DNA of 64,000 bases from Candidatus Latescibacterota bacterium (GTDB lineage: Bacteria > Latescibacterota > UBA2968 > UBA8231): positions 2,592,001 through 2,656,000 of the forward strand of contig OZ244561.1 of the NCBI GenBank assembly GCA_965217585.1. The letters are read 5' to 3'. Below are positions 27,843-38,192 of this stretch, piece after piece (position 1 is the stretch's first letter; each line of letters starts with the position of its first letter). A program made the position numbers and the translations under genes. Below the pieces are notes generated by a model. That model worked only from the letters and a program-made list of their open reading frames with translations, did not search any database and was not told where the DNA came from.

Positions 27843-28819
27843 ACGTGAGTTCGGGTTAAGCGGCCTCTACTTGGCGTGGTCCATCGTTTTTTAGGGCTGG
27901 TTTTTTGGGTTGGTGGCAATAGGCAATTAATCCGCCGATGAGATGGACCATAAAATTGACCGGGCTGCGATGTCTGGTGTGTTCAATCTGGGCGATATTT
28001 TTGAGTTGATCGATGATGGTTTCGATCAGGGCTCGTTTGCGCAGCAGGAGCTTGTCCGCCATCGGCATGAGTTGATTTTTCATGTTGGATCGCAGCTTGG
28101 TAATCAACTGGAGGTCGAATAGCTCTTTCAATTGTTTGCCCAGCTTGTTGGAAAGGTATCCTCGGTCGGCAACCAGCTTGCCAAACAGGTCGCGCACCAA
28201 GCCGGGTACGGGTTTGCGATCATCGACGTTGGCTGGGGTTAGCGCCAAGTTGAGCAATTGACCTCGATTATTGAAGACCAGATGCAGCTTGAACCCGAAA
28301 AACCAACCGGTCGAACTTCGGCCCCATTGGGCTAGCCCCGCAAAGAGTCGGTGCTGGTGTCTACGATGGGGATTACATATGGCCAACGGCGTCGAGTCAA
28401 TAAACGAAATACCCGTGCAGGCTCCTTGGCATTGACGTAGATAGGCGCATAACGGAATAAGCGCCGAAGGGATTAACTCGACAAAGCGTCCATAACTGAC
28501 TAACCGGGGAAAAGCACCGCGTAGGTGCCTACAGACACGATGCTGGTAGAAGGCTTTGAACGTGCGGTACTGGGACTGGTGAAACCAAATAAACAGCGTC
28601 ATGATCTCGCTCAAACAGAGTTGACCAGCACGACGACGACGGTGACCGGTCGTTACTTGGTGGCGTATCCACTGGGCCTCAAAGGCTTGGCAAAAGTCAT
28701 CGACGTGGCAAAACAATTCGACTAAATTCATCGCGAGGGCTCCTCGATGGCTGAGCTTTATGGTCGGCATACCTAAGTTTAGCCAAAAAGGAGTCCCTCA
28801 CCTTAACCCGAACTCACGT
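27843..28819 (-). mobile_element. Intact IS982-family insertion sequence (977 bp)
   Basis: Perfect 18-bp inverted repeats ACGTGAGTTCGGGTTAAG; 7-bp target duplication TAATCCA at 27836-27842 and 28820-28826. Confidence 0.95.
27856..28731 (-). CDS. IS982-family transposase
   Basis: LFCHVDDF, FIDSTPL, GWFFGFKLH, ADRGY, RALIET, IEHTRHRS. Confidence 0.95.
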   Translation of the reverse strand: MNLVELFCHVDDFCQAFEAQWIRHQVTTGHRRRRAGQLCLSEIMTLFIWFHQSQYRTFKAFYQHRVCRHLRGAFPRLVSYGRFVELIPSALIPLCAYLRQCQGACTGISFIDSTPLAICNPHRRHQHRLFAGLAQWGRSSTGWFFGFKLHLVFNNRGQLLNLALTPANVDDRKPVPGLVRDLFGKLVADRGYLSNKLGKQLKELFDLQLITKLRSNMKNQLMPMADKLLLRKRALIETIIDQLKNIAQIEHTRHRSPVNFMVHLIGGLIAYCHQPKKPALKNDGPRQVEAA

Positions 28820-28844
28820 TAATCCACTAAGCGAATCTGCCTCC

Positions 28845-29378
28845 TCAATTAGGCGGCTTTAAATCCCAAGTCGCTATAATGCCCATTATCGTATTCCACT
28901 GTGTGTCGTTCATCGCCTCTACTAGAGAGAGTAGGCCCAACACATCGCGTTCCTTCTGTTTCTTGCGCGCCCGGGCAACTGCCTCTAACCACGATTGATC
29001 CCCGAGCAGAGCCAAGATTTCTGGATTGGAGAGTACCCCCAAGAGGGCTGGGTCCAAAGGCTCTTCGCTAGACAGGAGCTTATTGACCACCGGATCCGAC
29101 AGCGAGCGCATCATCTTGCCATAGAGCGCGCGTCCTTCCTCCGAGCTCGCCTTGGCCTCATAAGCAGCAAGCAACACCCTGTTAGAGTCGAGTTCCAATA
29201 CCTCGGCCAGCTTGATACATACTTCGTCGGAAGGAACCTTCTCCCCCTTTTCAATTTGTCCTATATAGGTTGCCCATACGCCCTTGGGCCTTCGCGCCGT
29301 CACAAGTTGCGTGGCCAAGCCCTGCTGGCTCAGGTGAGCTTGTAGCCGGGCCTCCTTGATCATTTCTGCAAACTGCAT
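28845..29378 (-). CDS. XRE-family HTH transcriptional regulator
   Basis: IKEARLQAHLSQQGLA..YIGQIEKGEKVPS..KLAEVLE; GAGGG RBS. Confidence 0.88.
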   Translation of the reverse strand: MQFAEMIKEARLQAHLSQQGLATQLVTARRPKGVWATYIGQIEKGEKVPSDEVCIKLAEVLELDSNRVLLAAYEAKASSEEGRALYGKMMRSLSDPVVNKLLSSEEPLDPALLGVLSNPEILALLGDQSWLEAVARARKKQKERDVLGLLSLVEAMNDTQWNTIMGIIATWDLKPPN

Positions 29379-29419
29379 TCGCGGTCCCTCTGAAATATTT
29401 TCAGCCACCTTCTTTATTA

Positions 29420-29448
29420 AATATACACACACACCAGTAAGTGTGCAA
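29420..29448 (-). promoter_or_regulatory. Sigma-70 promoter for the XRE gene, overlapped by an ACAC-N8-GTGT palindrome
   Basis: Minus strand TTGCAC-N17-TATATT; palindrome at 29429-29444. Confidence 0.6.
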
Positions 29449-29485
29449 GAGTGTATTGTCTTTTTCTAAACGCATGTTTTTCTGC

Positions 29486-29514
29486 TTGACAACACAATCT
29501 AGCGTGTGTATTTT
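29486..29514 (+). promoter_or_regulatory. Sigma-70 promoter for the ncRNA, with an ACAC-N8-GTGT palindrome in the spacer
   Basis: TTGACA-N17-TATTTT; palindrome at 29492-29507. Confidence 0.7.
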
Positions 29515-29524
29515 AATTTCTAAA

Positions 29525-29694
29525 TAGAGTGTGGTGGTCCTCTGGTGTGGCCAATGTCCTGATCCGCGAAGCTCGGATTTCCCTTTTCGGGTCGTTGAGA
29601 TCTTCAAAACTACCTCCCCACACCGCCTCGTTTGAGGATCTCACTTGCGTTTCAAGATCACACCATTTGGCCGCCACATGGCCGCCACACTCTA
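29525..29694 (+). ncRNA. Candidate structured ncRNA of about 170 nt (novel sRNA or divergent 6S RNA)
   Basis: Terminal stem TAGAGTGTGGTGGTC/GGCCGCCACACTCTA; 13-bp apical stem 29596-29608/29631-29643; bounded by a promoter and terminator; no credible ORF. Confidence 0.65.
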
Positions 29695-29701
29695 AATGAG
29701 T

Positions 29702-29733
29702 AAGCAGTCCATTTCTATATGGGCTGCTTTTTT
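29702..29733 (+). terminator. Rho-independent terminator
   Basis: AAGCAGTCCAT-loop-ATGGGCTGCTT followed by a T run. Confidence 0.85.
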
Positions 29734-29771
29734 ATTTTTATTTTTTATACCGGTTCCTTTCTTTATACGCC

Positions 29772-30887
29772 ATGCGTATCTGTATGGTCGCCTTCACCGA
29801 CCTGAATTTCGACTACCGCATCTACCGAGAGGCATCTTCGCTGCGCCGTGATGGGCACCAAGTCGTCATTGTCGCCTCCTCGTTCAATTCAGCCCCTCTT
29901 AAGGGATGGGACGATTTTGAAATCTATCCGATTCCGCTAGACCGAAGCCGATCATTGCGCCTTCTCTATCCTTTGTTTTGGCAACGAGCCTATCCACTGA
30001 TGGTCGAGACCCAGCCGGATGCCTATCACGCCCACGACCTAGACTCTCTCTGGCCAGCAGTGCGAGCTGCACAGCGACTAAATCGGCCTATCGTCTACGA
30101 CGCGCACGAATTTTGGACCGAACAATCCTCACTGGTCAACAGACCGCTGATACGGTCCTGCTGGAGTTTGCTGGAGCGGCGGCTGATACGTCGGGTAGAT
30201 CGCATCATAACCGTCAGTGGGTCTATCGCCCAATCACTCAAGGAGCGTTACCGCCTTGACGAAGTTGTTGTTCTGCGCAATCTGCCGCTATTCCGCCATA
30301 AGGTCCAAAGCAACCTGATACGCGAAACGCTGGACCTGCCCGATGAGCGCCCTATTGTGCTCTACCAAGGAGGATTCCTCACCGAAAATGGCTTGCGAGA
30401 GCAAATTGAGGCCGCCGCTGGGTTTGCCGCCGCTTTAGTTCTGATTGGGGATGGGCCTAGCGAACAGGCCCTGCGGAACCAAGTCCGCGCTGAGAGGCTA
30501 GAGGATCGGGTCTATTTTATTCCCCGGGTGCCCTTTCACCAACTTCACAATTATACTTGCTCCGCCGACTTGGGGCTGTGTCTGATCAAAGGCACGGGCA
30601 AGAGCTTCTACTACTCTCTGCCCAACAAGCTCTTCGAATATATGATGGCCGGGCTACCGGTCCTAGCCAGCAACTTTCCTGAAATGCAGCGCGTCGTCCG
30701 CGAAACGCGTACCGGAGCTACGGTCGATCCAACCGATATAGCTGCCATTCGAGAGCAGATCACCACTTTTTTGGACAATGCAGAGCAGCGAGAGGCATGT
30801 GCCAAGGCGAGTTTGCAGGCGGCACGGCGCTATAACTGGGAACGGGAAGCCGCTCAACTCACCCAGCTTTACACAGCCCTAGCATGA
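29772..30887 (+). CDS. GT4-family glycosyltransferase
   Basis: HAHD, YDAHE, SLPNKLFEYMMAGLPV. Confidence 0.93.
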   Translation: MRICMVAFTDLNFDYRIYREASSLRRDGHQVVIVASSFNSAPLKGWDDFEIYPIPLDRSRSLRLLYPLFWQRAYPLMVETQPDAYHAHDLDSLWPAVRAAQRLNRPIVYDAHEFWTEQSSLVNRPLIRSCWSLLERRLIRRVDRIITVSGSIAQSLKERYRLDEVVVLRNLPLFRHKVQSNLIRETLDLPDERPIVLYQGGFLTENGLREQIEAAAGFAAALVLIGDGPSEQALRNQVRAERLEDRVYFIPRVPFHQLHNYTCSADLGLCLIKGTGKSFYYSLPNKLFEYMMAGLPVLASNFPEMQRVVRETRTGATVDPTDIAAIREQITTFLDNAEQREACAKASLQAARRYNWEREAAQLTQLYTALA

Positions 30888-31855
30888 GTACCCCGCTGGC
30901 GCTCTGCGTCGTAATGCCTACCTATGGCGAGCCTGAGCGCCTCGAAGCAGCACTTAAGAGCCTATCCCAGCAAGATTATCCTCACGAGGCGATCCAAATC
31001 ATCGTGGTGGACGACGCCTCCCCCCACTTGGACGCCGAGCGACTGCATGCGGCGGTCGCGCCTTTACAATTGCGGCTGCTTCGCAACGAACAGAATCAGG
31101 GACGCGCCCGGGCGCGCAACGCAGCACTTCGGGTTGCCAGCGGCGATCTCGTCGTCTTTCTCGACAGCGACATGACCGTCGGCACGAGTTTTCTCCGCGC
31201 TCATGCCCAACGGCATCAAAACCATGCGGAAGCCGTTTTTATCGGCAACATCCGCTTTGCCAGTGAAATTCCCACTACGTCCCTGACCCGCTATCTCGAA
31301 GGGAGGGGGGTCCACAGGCTTGACGCGGATAAGCCCATACCTTTCAAGTGCTTCGTCACCGGCAACTCCTCGGTTCGCCGGTCGTCCCTGCTCCGCGTGG
31401 GTTTTTTCGACGAAGATCTCACTGCTTATGGCGGCGAAGACCTAGAATTGGGGTACCGCCTCCATTTGGCGGGTATCCCGCTTTACTATGCCCCTGAAGC
31501 CCTATCCTACCACTATCACTTGCGTTCATTGGAGCCGCTCTGCCGTCTTATGCAAACCTATGGCAGCAAGTCCATCCCCATCCTTTTACACAAGCATCCC
31601 GAACTTGACGCCGTACTCCGGTTGGACTTTATCTGGGCCTCTGGACTTTCTCTTCGGCGGCTCGCGCTCCAGCTAGCCCTGTTGTCTCCGATTCACTATC
31701 CAATCCGCTGGTTGACCCGCTGGCTTGTGAAAAGCTATGTCCCGGATCTGGTCTTTAGTTATTTATTTTGGTCCAGCCGCACTCGGGGTTATCTACAGGC
31801 GATTGCCCATTCAAAGGCGATTGCTAATCACCTAGTAGCCTCTGTAAAAGAATAA
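30884..31855 (+). CDS. GT2-family glycosyltransferase
   Basis: VVMPTY, VVDDAS, FLDSD, GGEDLELGYRL. Confidence 0.93.
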   Translation: MSTPLALCVVMPTYGEPERLEAALKSLSQQDYPHEAIQIIVVDDASPHLDAERLHAAVAPLQLRLLRNEQNQGRARARNAALRVASGDLVVFLDSDMTVGTSFLRAHAQRHQNHAEAVFIGNIRFASEIPTTSLTRYLEGRGVHRLDADKPIPFKCFVTGNSSVRRSSLLRVGFFDEDLTAYGGEDLELGYRLHLAGIPLYYAPEALSYHYHLRSLEPLCRLMQTYGSKSIPILLHKHPELDAVLRLDFIWASGLSLRRLALQLALLSPIHYPIRWLTRWLVKSYVPDLVFSYLFWSSRTRGYLQAIAHSKAIANHLVASVKE

Positions 31856-31897
31856 CGACTCAAACTACATACAAATGCCGGAGAACTCCCTAGCCTT

Positions 31898-32728
31898 ATG
31901 CATGCTCACTATCCTCGATTCTCCCAGATTCTCCGCGTAGCCCTACCTGCTCTCCTGCTGGCCCACTTCGTGGTTTGGCCCGTCGTCGGCCTCTTGTCCC
32001 TACATGCTGGTATTATTGCCGCCGAATGTACCATTCTGTGGTTTGTGGCCCTTTATATCCGCCGTCACCACCTAATCGCCGAAGATCTGCTGCTGTTCAA
32101 CGCCACGCCAGCTAGGACCCTGTTGCTGACAATCCCGGTGACTATTTGCTGTAGCCTCGTAGTCGCCGAATTCGACTTGTATCTGGCCTATCTGCTCGGC
32201 CGGATAGACCTATCTATGCCGCTGTCCTTTCAGAAGAACTTGCTGGAGATTCAGATTCTCCACGAACTGGCGGACGTCCCGAAGGGACTGGTAACACTGG
32301 TGCTAGCCCCTGTGTTTTGCGAAGAGCCTCTCTTCCGCGGGCTTGTACTCACTAGTCTTTACGCCCATTATGGACCGCGCTGGGCACTAGGCGGTTCGGC
32401 CCTGCTCTTCGCCATTTCGCACTTCAACCCTTGGCAACTGATCCCCCTCTTCCTCTTTGGACTCTTCCTCGGTGCTTTAGTCTATTGGACTCACAGCGTC
32501 TATCCTGCCATGCTCGCCCACGCGGTCAACAACTTGGCTTCGATAACTGGGATCAACTTGCGCACTTACTTAGGCATAGATGGCATAGGCCCCTCCCAGC
32601 ATCTCCCCATGCCCTTGGCCCTGCTCGCCGGCCTAATCCTGATTGGCGGCCTCCTGCTTCTCAGCCGCCAACCCGCCATTATGCCGCTGCTGACTAAGAG
32701 GGAATGCTCGCCGTCCGATTATACTTAA
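31898..32728 (+). CDS. CPBP/Abi-family intramembrane glutamic endopeptidase
   Basis: EEPLFRG, FAISH, HAVNN. Confidence 0.9.
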   Translation: MHAHYPRFSQILRVALPALLLAHFVVWPVVGLLSLHAGIIAAECTILWFVALYIRRHHLIAEDLLLFNATPARTLLLTIPVTICCSLVVAEFDLYLAYLLGRIDLSMPLSFQKNLLEIQILHELADVPKGLVTLVLAPVFCEEPLFRGLVLTSLYAHYGPRWALGGSALLFAISHFNPWQLIPLFLFGLFLGALVYWTHSVYPAMLAHAVNNLASITGINLRTYLGIDGIGPSQHLPMPLALLAGLILIGGLLLLSRQPAIMPLLTKRECSPSDYT

Positions 32729-32765
32729 ACTGTTGGAGGCACTTGCGGAGAAAAACGTTCCCCAA

Positions 32766-33635
32766 TCAACTCAGCACCTTCTCTACCGTTTCCCCAATTT
32801 CCGCAGGACTCTCACAGATGTGAATCCCCGCCTCCTGCATCGCCGCCATCTTGTCCTCGGCCGTCCCCTTACCACCTGAAATAATAGCTCCTGCATGTCC
32901 CATCCGCCGCCCCGGAGGTGCCGTGCGCCCCGCAATAAAGCCAATGACAGGCTTGTCGTAGCATTCTTTGATATAGGCGGCCGCTTCTTCTTCAGCCGTG
33001 CCGCCGATCTCGCCGATCATCACTACCGCATCGGTCTCGGGATCGTCCTTAAAGAGTGCCAGTGCGTCCACGAAGCGCGTACCGATGATTGGGTCGCCAC
33101 CAATGCCGATGGCTGTGGACTGACCTAGGCCTCGCTCAGTAAGCTGCCCCACGGCTTCATAGGTCAGCGTTCCACTGCGCGAGATAATACCCACGCGACC
33201 TGGCTGGTGAATAAAATCGGGCATAATGCCGATCTTACACTTCCCCGGCGAGATGATGCCCGGGCAATTAGGCCCGATCAGCCGAGTAGAGCGCGCCTGT
33301 ACATAATGGTAGGCTTTAACCATGTCGCCCACGGGAATATTTTCGCTGATACAGATGACTAGCTCTATACCGACATCGGCCGCTTCCATGATCGCGTCGG
33401 CGGCAAAGGGAGCTGGCACAAAGATGATAGAAGCATTGGCACCGGAGGCCTTGACGCCTTCGGCGACCGTATTAAACACCGGAATGCCTTCAAATTCTTG
33501 GCCCCCCTTGCCAGGCGTTGCTCCTCCGACCACTTTCGTGCCGTACTCCAGCATTTGGCGAGTGTGAAAAGATCCCTCCGACCCAGTAATTGCCTGTACG
33601 AAGACCTTGGTGTTTTCGTCGACTAAAACGCTCAT
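32766..33635 (-). CDS. sucD: Succinyl-CoA synthetase alpha subunit
   Basis: [23 protein letters not shown]. Confidence 0.98.
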   Translation of the reverse strand: MSVLVDENTKVFVQAITGSEGSFHTRQMLEYGTKVVGGATPGKGGQEFEGIPVFNTVAEGVKASGANASIIFVPAPFAADAIMEAADVGIELVICISENIPVGDMVKAYHYVQARSTRLIGPNCPGIISPGKCKIGIMPDFIHQPGRVGIISRSGTLTYEAVGQLTERGLGQSTAIGIGGDPIIGTRFVDALALFKDDPETDAVVMIGEIGGTAEEEAAAYIKECYDKPVIGFIAGRTAPPGRRMGHAGAIISGGKGTAEDKMAAMQEAGIHICESPAEIGETVEKVLS

Positions 33636-33648
33636 TTCTGTATTCCTC

Positions 33649-34806
33649 TTATCGAATGGCCGCCTCGACCATCTCCGCCGCATCTCTCAGCCCGTGCCCA
33701 ACGGCAAAGTCCATGTCGGAATTTTCCAGCATCTCGGCGGCTACATCCGCGTTGGTCCCGGCCAATCGTACGACAATCGGCACATTGACTTTGATATTTT
33801 TGCGTGCCTCAATCACACCCGCGGCCACGCGATCGCAGCGCACAATGCCTCCGAAGATATTGATGAGAATGGCCTTTACATTCGGGTCGGAAAGCAGAAT
33901 GCGGAAGCCATTCTCCACGGTCTCAGCACTGGCACTCCCGCCTACGTCCAGAAAATTGGCTGGCTCAGCACCGGAGAGCTTGATGATGTCCATGGTGGCC
34001 ATCGCCAGTCCGGCACCGTTGACCATACAACCGATATTGCCGTCGAGCTTGATGTAGTTCAGACCGTATTTGGCTGCCTCGACCTCCAGCTCCTCCTCTT
34101 CATCCAGATCGTGCATTTCCGCTAAGTCGGGATGGCGGAAGAGTGCGTTGTCGTCTATGTCTATTTTGGCATCCAATGCCAAAAGCTGCCCATCGGCGGT
34201 CGCCACCAAGGGATTGATCTCGACCAGCGAGCAGTCGGCATCGACATAGGCTCTGTAGAGGCTAAGGATAAAACCGGCGGCTTGGCGAACCTGCTTGCCC
34301 TCAAAGCCAAGCCCAAATGCCAAGCGCGTCGCCTGAAATGCCAGTAGCCCCACAGCGGGATCAACCGTTTCCTTGAGAATTTTTTCTGGGGTCGCAGCGG
34401 CGACCTCCTCAATCTCAACTCCGCCTTCTCGGCTGGCCATGACTACTGGCTTGCTCTGGGTCCGACCGAGAGTGATGCCCAGATAAAACTCGCGTTCTAT
34501 ATCCGAGGCCCTCTCCACTAGGACTTGCTTGACCTTTTGGCCTTCAGGGCCTGTCTGGTGGGTAACGAGCTGCATGCCGAGAATCTCACTGGCGGCTTGG
34601 CGAGCCTCTTCGGGATTAGCGACCAGTTTGACGCCTCCGCCCTTGCCTCGACCTCCGGCGTGGATTTGGGCCTTAACTACGACCTTTCCTCCCAATTCGG
34701 CAGCCGTATGTTCGGCTTGGTTTGCTGTCGTGGCCACGTTGCCGCTCGGTACGGCGACTTGGTACTGGCGCAAAATTTTTTTGGCTTGATATTCGTGAAT
34801 TTTCAT
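33649..34806 (-). CDS. sucC: Succinyl-CoA synthetase beta subunit
   Basis: [34 protein letters not shown]. Confidence 0.98.
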   Translation of the reverse strand: MKIHEYQAKKILRQYQVAVPSGNVATTANQAEHTAAELGGKVVVKAQIHAGGRGKGGGVKLVANPEEARQAASEILGMQLVTHQTGPEGQKVKQVLVERASDIEREFYLGITLGRTQSKPVVMASREGGVEIEEVAAATPEKILKETVDPAVGLLAFQATRLAFGLGFEGKQVRQAAGFILSLYRAYVDADCSLVEINPLVATADGQLLALDAKIDIDDNALFRHPDLAEMHDLDEEEELEVEAAKYGLNYIKLDGNIGCMVNGAGLAMATMDIIKLSGAEPANFLDVGGSASAETVENGFRILLSDPNVKAILINIFGGIVRCDRVAAGVIEARKNIKVNVPIVVRLAGTNADVAAEMLENSDMDFAVGHGLRDAAEMVEAAIR

Positions 34807-34973
34807 AAGCATTATCTATTCTGTTAGGTGGAACGTAAAAGAGTACAAAAAAACCCCTCTACCAGCAAAGCGATCTAGGACGCGACCAGCGCAAGTACCA
34901 AACTAGGGCTGTTGATCGTTGGGAAAGTCCCATAATATTCAGCCAATATCCCAAGCCCCAGAGGAGGTATCTC

Positions 34974-35726
34974 GTGAAAATCTTGTTAGTCGGCGGGGCC
35001 GGCCACGTCGGCACCTGCACTACTCCCTACCTTAAACGCCATCACGATTTGCGTGTATTGGACATAGCCAAGCCTCGGCATGAGGTCGAATACATCGAAG
35101 GCTCTATCGCCGACCCGGAGGCCCTCGCCTGTGCCCTAGACGGAGTGGATGCCTTCATCAACTTGACCATGAAGAGCGGCCAAGGTGGCCTCGACAGCCA
35201 CCAGACCGAGGCCCAGATCGTCGACAACTACACAGTCAACTGTCTGGGACTGCACCTGCTCCTGTACACAGCTTGGAGGCTAGGTGTCAAAAGAGGCGTC
35301 CACACTTCGACCATGAGCGTTCACTACCGCGCCCGCTCCTATTATCCGTCCGAGGAGGAAGCACCGCTCGATGGACCCAATGTGTACGGCTTCACTAAGG
35401 GGCTGGCCGAAGGCATTTGCCGCTACTTCGCTCGCCAATTTGACATGAACTTGGCGGTTCTTCGCATCACCGGCCCACGCTCTCGGGCACAATTCCTAGC
35501 ACAAGCCAAAAATCCACCACATTATCCCCCCGGCAGCCTTTATTTTACCGACGAGGAAGACTTGGCCAAAGCCTATCTAGCCGCTCTAGACTATGTGAGC
35601 ACAGGCCATGGCCGCTGCGACGTCTTCTTCATATCGGGCGACGCCGACCACCGCGAGATGAACATGTCCAAAGCACGAACGGTCTTGGGCTGGGAGCCTA
35701 AATCGCACTTGATGTTGGAGGAGTGA
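34974..35726 (+). CDS. NAD-dependent epimerase/dehydratase (extended SDR)
   Basis: GGAGHVG, YGFTK. Confidence 0.88.
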   Translation: MKILLVGGAGHVGTCTTPYLKRHHDLRVLDIAKPRHEVEYIEGSIADPEALACALDGVDAFINLTMKSGQGGLDSHQTEAQIVDNYTVNCLGLHLLLYTAWRLGVKRGVHTSTMSVHYRARSYYPSEEEAPLDGPNVYGFTKGLAEGICRYFARQFDMNLAVLRITGPRSRAQFLAQAKNPPHYPPGSLYFTDEEDLAKAYLAALDYVSTGHGRCDVFFISGDADHREMNMSKARTVLGWEPKSHLMLEE

Positions 35727-35919
35727 TAATCCCTAGCGGATACTATGTGCCCGATGGCTGCAAACTTCTGAACGAGGTCTGCCGGAGTCGCCAATCACCT
35801 TTAGGACAACAACGTCAAAAAAACAGGCCCAACCATTCTGGTGGAGCCTGCCTCAATTCCTATGGATTAGTGCGCGTTATGACAGCTTATGGCTTACGCG
35901 TACCGGTGAATTTTACTTA

Positions 35920-36186
35920 CTAACGCTCTTCTTCGGCCGCGTAGACGCTCACCCGCTTGCCTTTCTTACCAAAAGCCTCAAATTGCACTTGCCCGTCAAT
36001 TGTGGCGAAGAGCGTATCATCCCCGCCCTTCTTGACATTGACGCCCGGATGAATGCGCGTACCGCGTTGCCGCACAATAATCGTGCCTGCGCTGACCTTC
36101 TCTCCGCCAAAGCGCTTAACGCCTAGACGCTGGGCATTGCTATCGCGCCCGTTTTTAGAACTGCCAACGCCCTTTTTATGAGCCAT
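35920..36186 (-). CDS. rpmA: 50S ribosomal protein L27
   Basis: [16 protein letters not shown]. Confidence 0.98.
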   Translation of the reverse strand: MAHKKGVGSSKNGRDSNAQRLGVKRFGGEKVSAGTIIVRQRGTRIHPGVNVKKGGDDTLFATIDGQVQFEAFGKKGKRVSVYAAEEER

Positions 36187-36206
36187 AATACCTAGTCCTT
36201 TCGCAC

Positions 36207-36524
36207 TCAGTTCGGGAGAACGATGTCCTCGACCTGAATTTCGGTGTAGTCCTGACGGTGGCCGTTGCGCCGCCGGTACTTCTTGCGCCGCTTCTTCTTG
36301 AAAACGACGATCTTGTCGCCGCGACCATGGCCGACGATCGTCGCCGAAACACTGGCACCCTCGACCGTGGGGCTGCCAACCTTGGTCTCGCCATCATCGG
36401 AAACTAGCAGTACGTCGGTAAATTCCTGTGTGCTACCTTCTTCGGCCTGAAGCCGGGGTACGCGCAGACACTGACCTTTGTCTACTTTGACCTGATGGCC
36501 GGCGATATTGACAACTGCATACAT
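36207..36524 (-). CDS. rplU: 50S ribosomal protein L21
   Basis: [30 protein letters not shown]. Confidence 0.98.
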   Translation of the reverse strand: MYAVVNIAGHQVKVDKGQCLRVPRLQAEEGSTQEFTDVLLVSDDGETKVGSPTVEGASVSATIVGHGRGDKIVVFKKKRRKKYRRRNGHRQDYTEIQVEDIVLPN

Positions 36525-36600
36525 GAATTGCGCTCCTAAGCTAAGACTACTCCGCAATCAAATAAGAAATCGTTAAAGATATAGGCCTGGACTTTTTCTG

Positions 36601-38124
36601 TCAAACCCGGAACTCGGCCGTTACATCTAAGCTGCGCTTAGTCGAGAAGAAACGATAATCTTGGGGCCCTAAAGTGGTATCGGTCTCAATTTGGAGGCGA
36701 GCTTTGGTCGCCCTGCGCAATGACTTGAGCCGTTCTTCGCGGTTTTCTAGCATATAGGTGGCCACATCGGGATGGACCTTTAAGACATAGCGCCTTTCGC
36801 GGGTGGCAGCATAGGAACGCTGAAGCCAGCGTTCAATCCAAGTCAGGGTTGTGTCTGGCCCCATGATCCGGCCCGTGCCACTGCAAATGGGACACTGTTC
36901 GCTATGAGTGTGCAAAAGGTTTGGACGGACGCGCTGGCGAGTCATTTCGACCAAGCCAAACTCGCTGATGTGTGGGCTGATAGAGACCTTCGCCCGATCT
37001 CTTTTGAACTCCTCGACCAAGCAATCAACGACCTTTTTGCGGTTGCGCTCCTCATTCATATCGATAAAGTCGATGACGATAATGCCGCCAATGTCGCGGA
37101 GCTTGAGCTGGCGGGCAATCTCACGAGCTGCCTTCAGATTGGTATTAAGATTGTTTTCCTCCTGATCGTCCGAGCCGAGATAACGGGCTGAATTCACGTC
37201 GATAAAGGTCCCCGCCTCGGCGTAGTCGATAACCAAGGCTCCGCCCCTCCGCAGCCACACGGTGCGGTTGGTTGCCTTCTCGATATCCTCCTCAATGTTG
37301 AAGGCATCGAAAATGGGCCGACGATCTCGATAAAACTCAACCCTTTGGCGCAATTCAGGTGAAACTTGTCGCAAATAAGCCGTAATCTCCTTGTACAACT
37401 CTTTGCTATCGACGACTAGCCGTTCCACATTGTCTGTGAACAGGTCGCGTATTACGCTGGAGGTCATGCCCATTTCCTTGTACACTAAGGCAGGCACTCC
37501 AACCTTCCTACTATTCTTGATCAGACGCTCGTGGTTTTTTACTAGCTGCTTCATATCGCGTTTGAACTCGCGATCATTCTGATTCTGTCCTTCGGTCCGC
37601 ACGATTACCGAATAGCCATCGGGTTTGATCTTGAAGACCAGATCTCTCAATCTTTTGCGTTCGTTCCGACTGGTGATCTTGCGCGAGACACCAACCCAGT
37701 TGCCTCCCGGAACCAGCACCATAAAACGACCCGGAAGTGATAGCTGAGTTGTCACACGAGCACCTTTAGTGCCGATGGGCTCTTTGGTGATCTGCACCAG
37801 CACCTCTTCGCCCTTCTTGATCAGGTTTTGAATACAAGGATAACCGCGAAAGCGAGAGCGGCGCCCGTTACGCGCCCCATCGGTCTCGCCTCTATCAGCT
37901 TCCACCATATCGCGCACTTGGAGGAACGCGGTGCGGTCATGGCCTATCTCGACAAAGGCAGCCTGTAGCCCAGGCAAAACGGCCGTTACAATCCCTTTGT
38001 ATATGTCTCCTACCGTCCGCTCATTTTCGGGTCTTTCGATCCAGACTTCAGCTAGACGCCCCTCTTCCAAGATGGCAATACGGGATTCGTGAATGCCTTG
38101 GTTGATAAAAATCTCTGTTTGCAA
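36601..38124 (-). CDS. rng: Ribonuclease G (Rne/Rng family)
   Basis: S1 domain, KEPIGTKGA, IDVNS, IVIDFIDM, CPICSGTG; no long C-terminal scaffold. Confidence 0.93.
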   Translation of the reverse strand: MQTEIFINQGIHESRIAILEEGRLAEVWIERPENERTVGDIYKGIVTAVLPGLQAAFVEIGHDRTAFLQVRDMVEADRGETDGARNGRRSRFRGYPCIQNLIKKGEEVLVQITKEPIGTKGARVTTQLSLPGRFMVLVPGGNWVGVSRKITSRNERKRLRDLVFKIKPDGYSVIVRTEGQNQNDREFKRDMKQLVKNHERLIKNSRKVGVPALVYKEMGMTSSVIRDLFTDNVERLVVDSKELYKEITAYLRQVSPELRQRVEFYRDRRPIFDAFNIEEDIEKATNRTVWLRRGGALVIDYAEAGTFIDVNSARYLGSDDQEENNLNTNLKAAREIARQLKLRDIGGIIVIDFIDMNEERNRKKVVDCLVEEFKRDRAKVSISPHISEFGLVEMTRQRVRPNLLHTHSEQCPICSGTGRIMGPDTTLTWIERWLQRSYAATRERRYVLKVHPDVATYMLENREERLKSLRRATKARLQIETDTTLGPQDYRFFSTKRSLDVTAEFRV

Positions 38125-38192
38125 GATAAGCCCTCATACTTATTTAGCAGTCATATTAGTATCGATGATTTCAATGCCTTGCTTATAGCCGT

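Noticed and set aside
29530-29635. 34-codon GTG ORF inside the ncRNA candidate
   Set aside because: No RBS, start buried in a stem, no protein-like features; not fully excluded without ribosome profiling.
31898-32728. Abi-domain gene as a phage defence system
   Set aside because: It is a CPBP membrane protease with intact motifs and no defence context.
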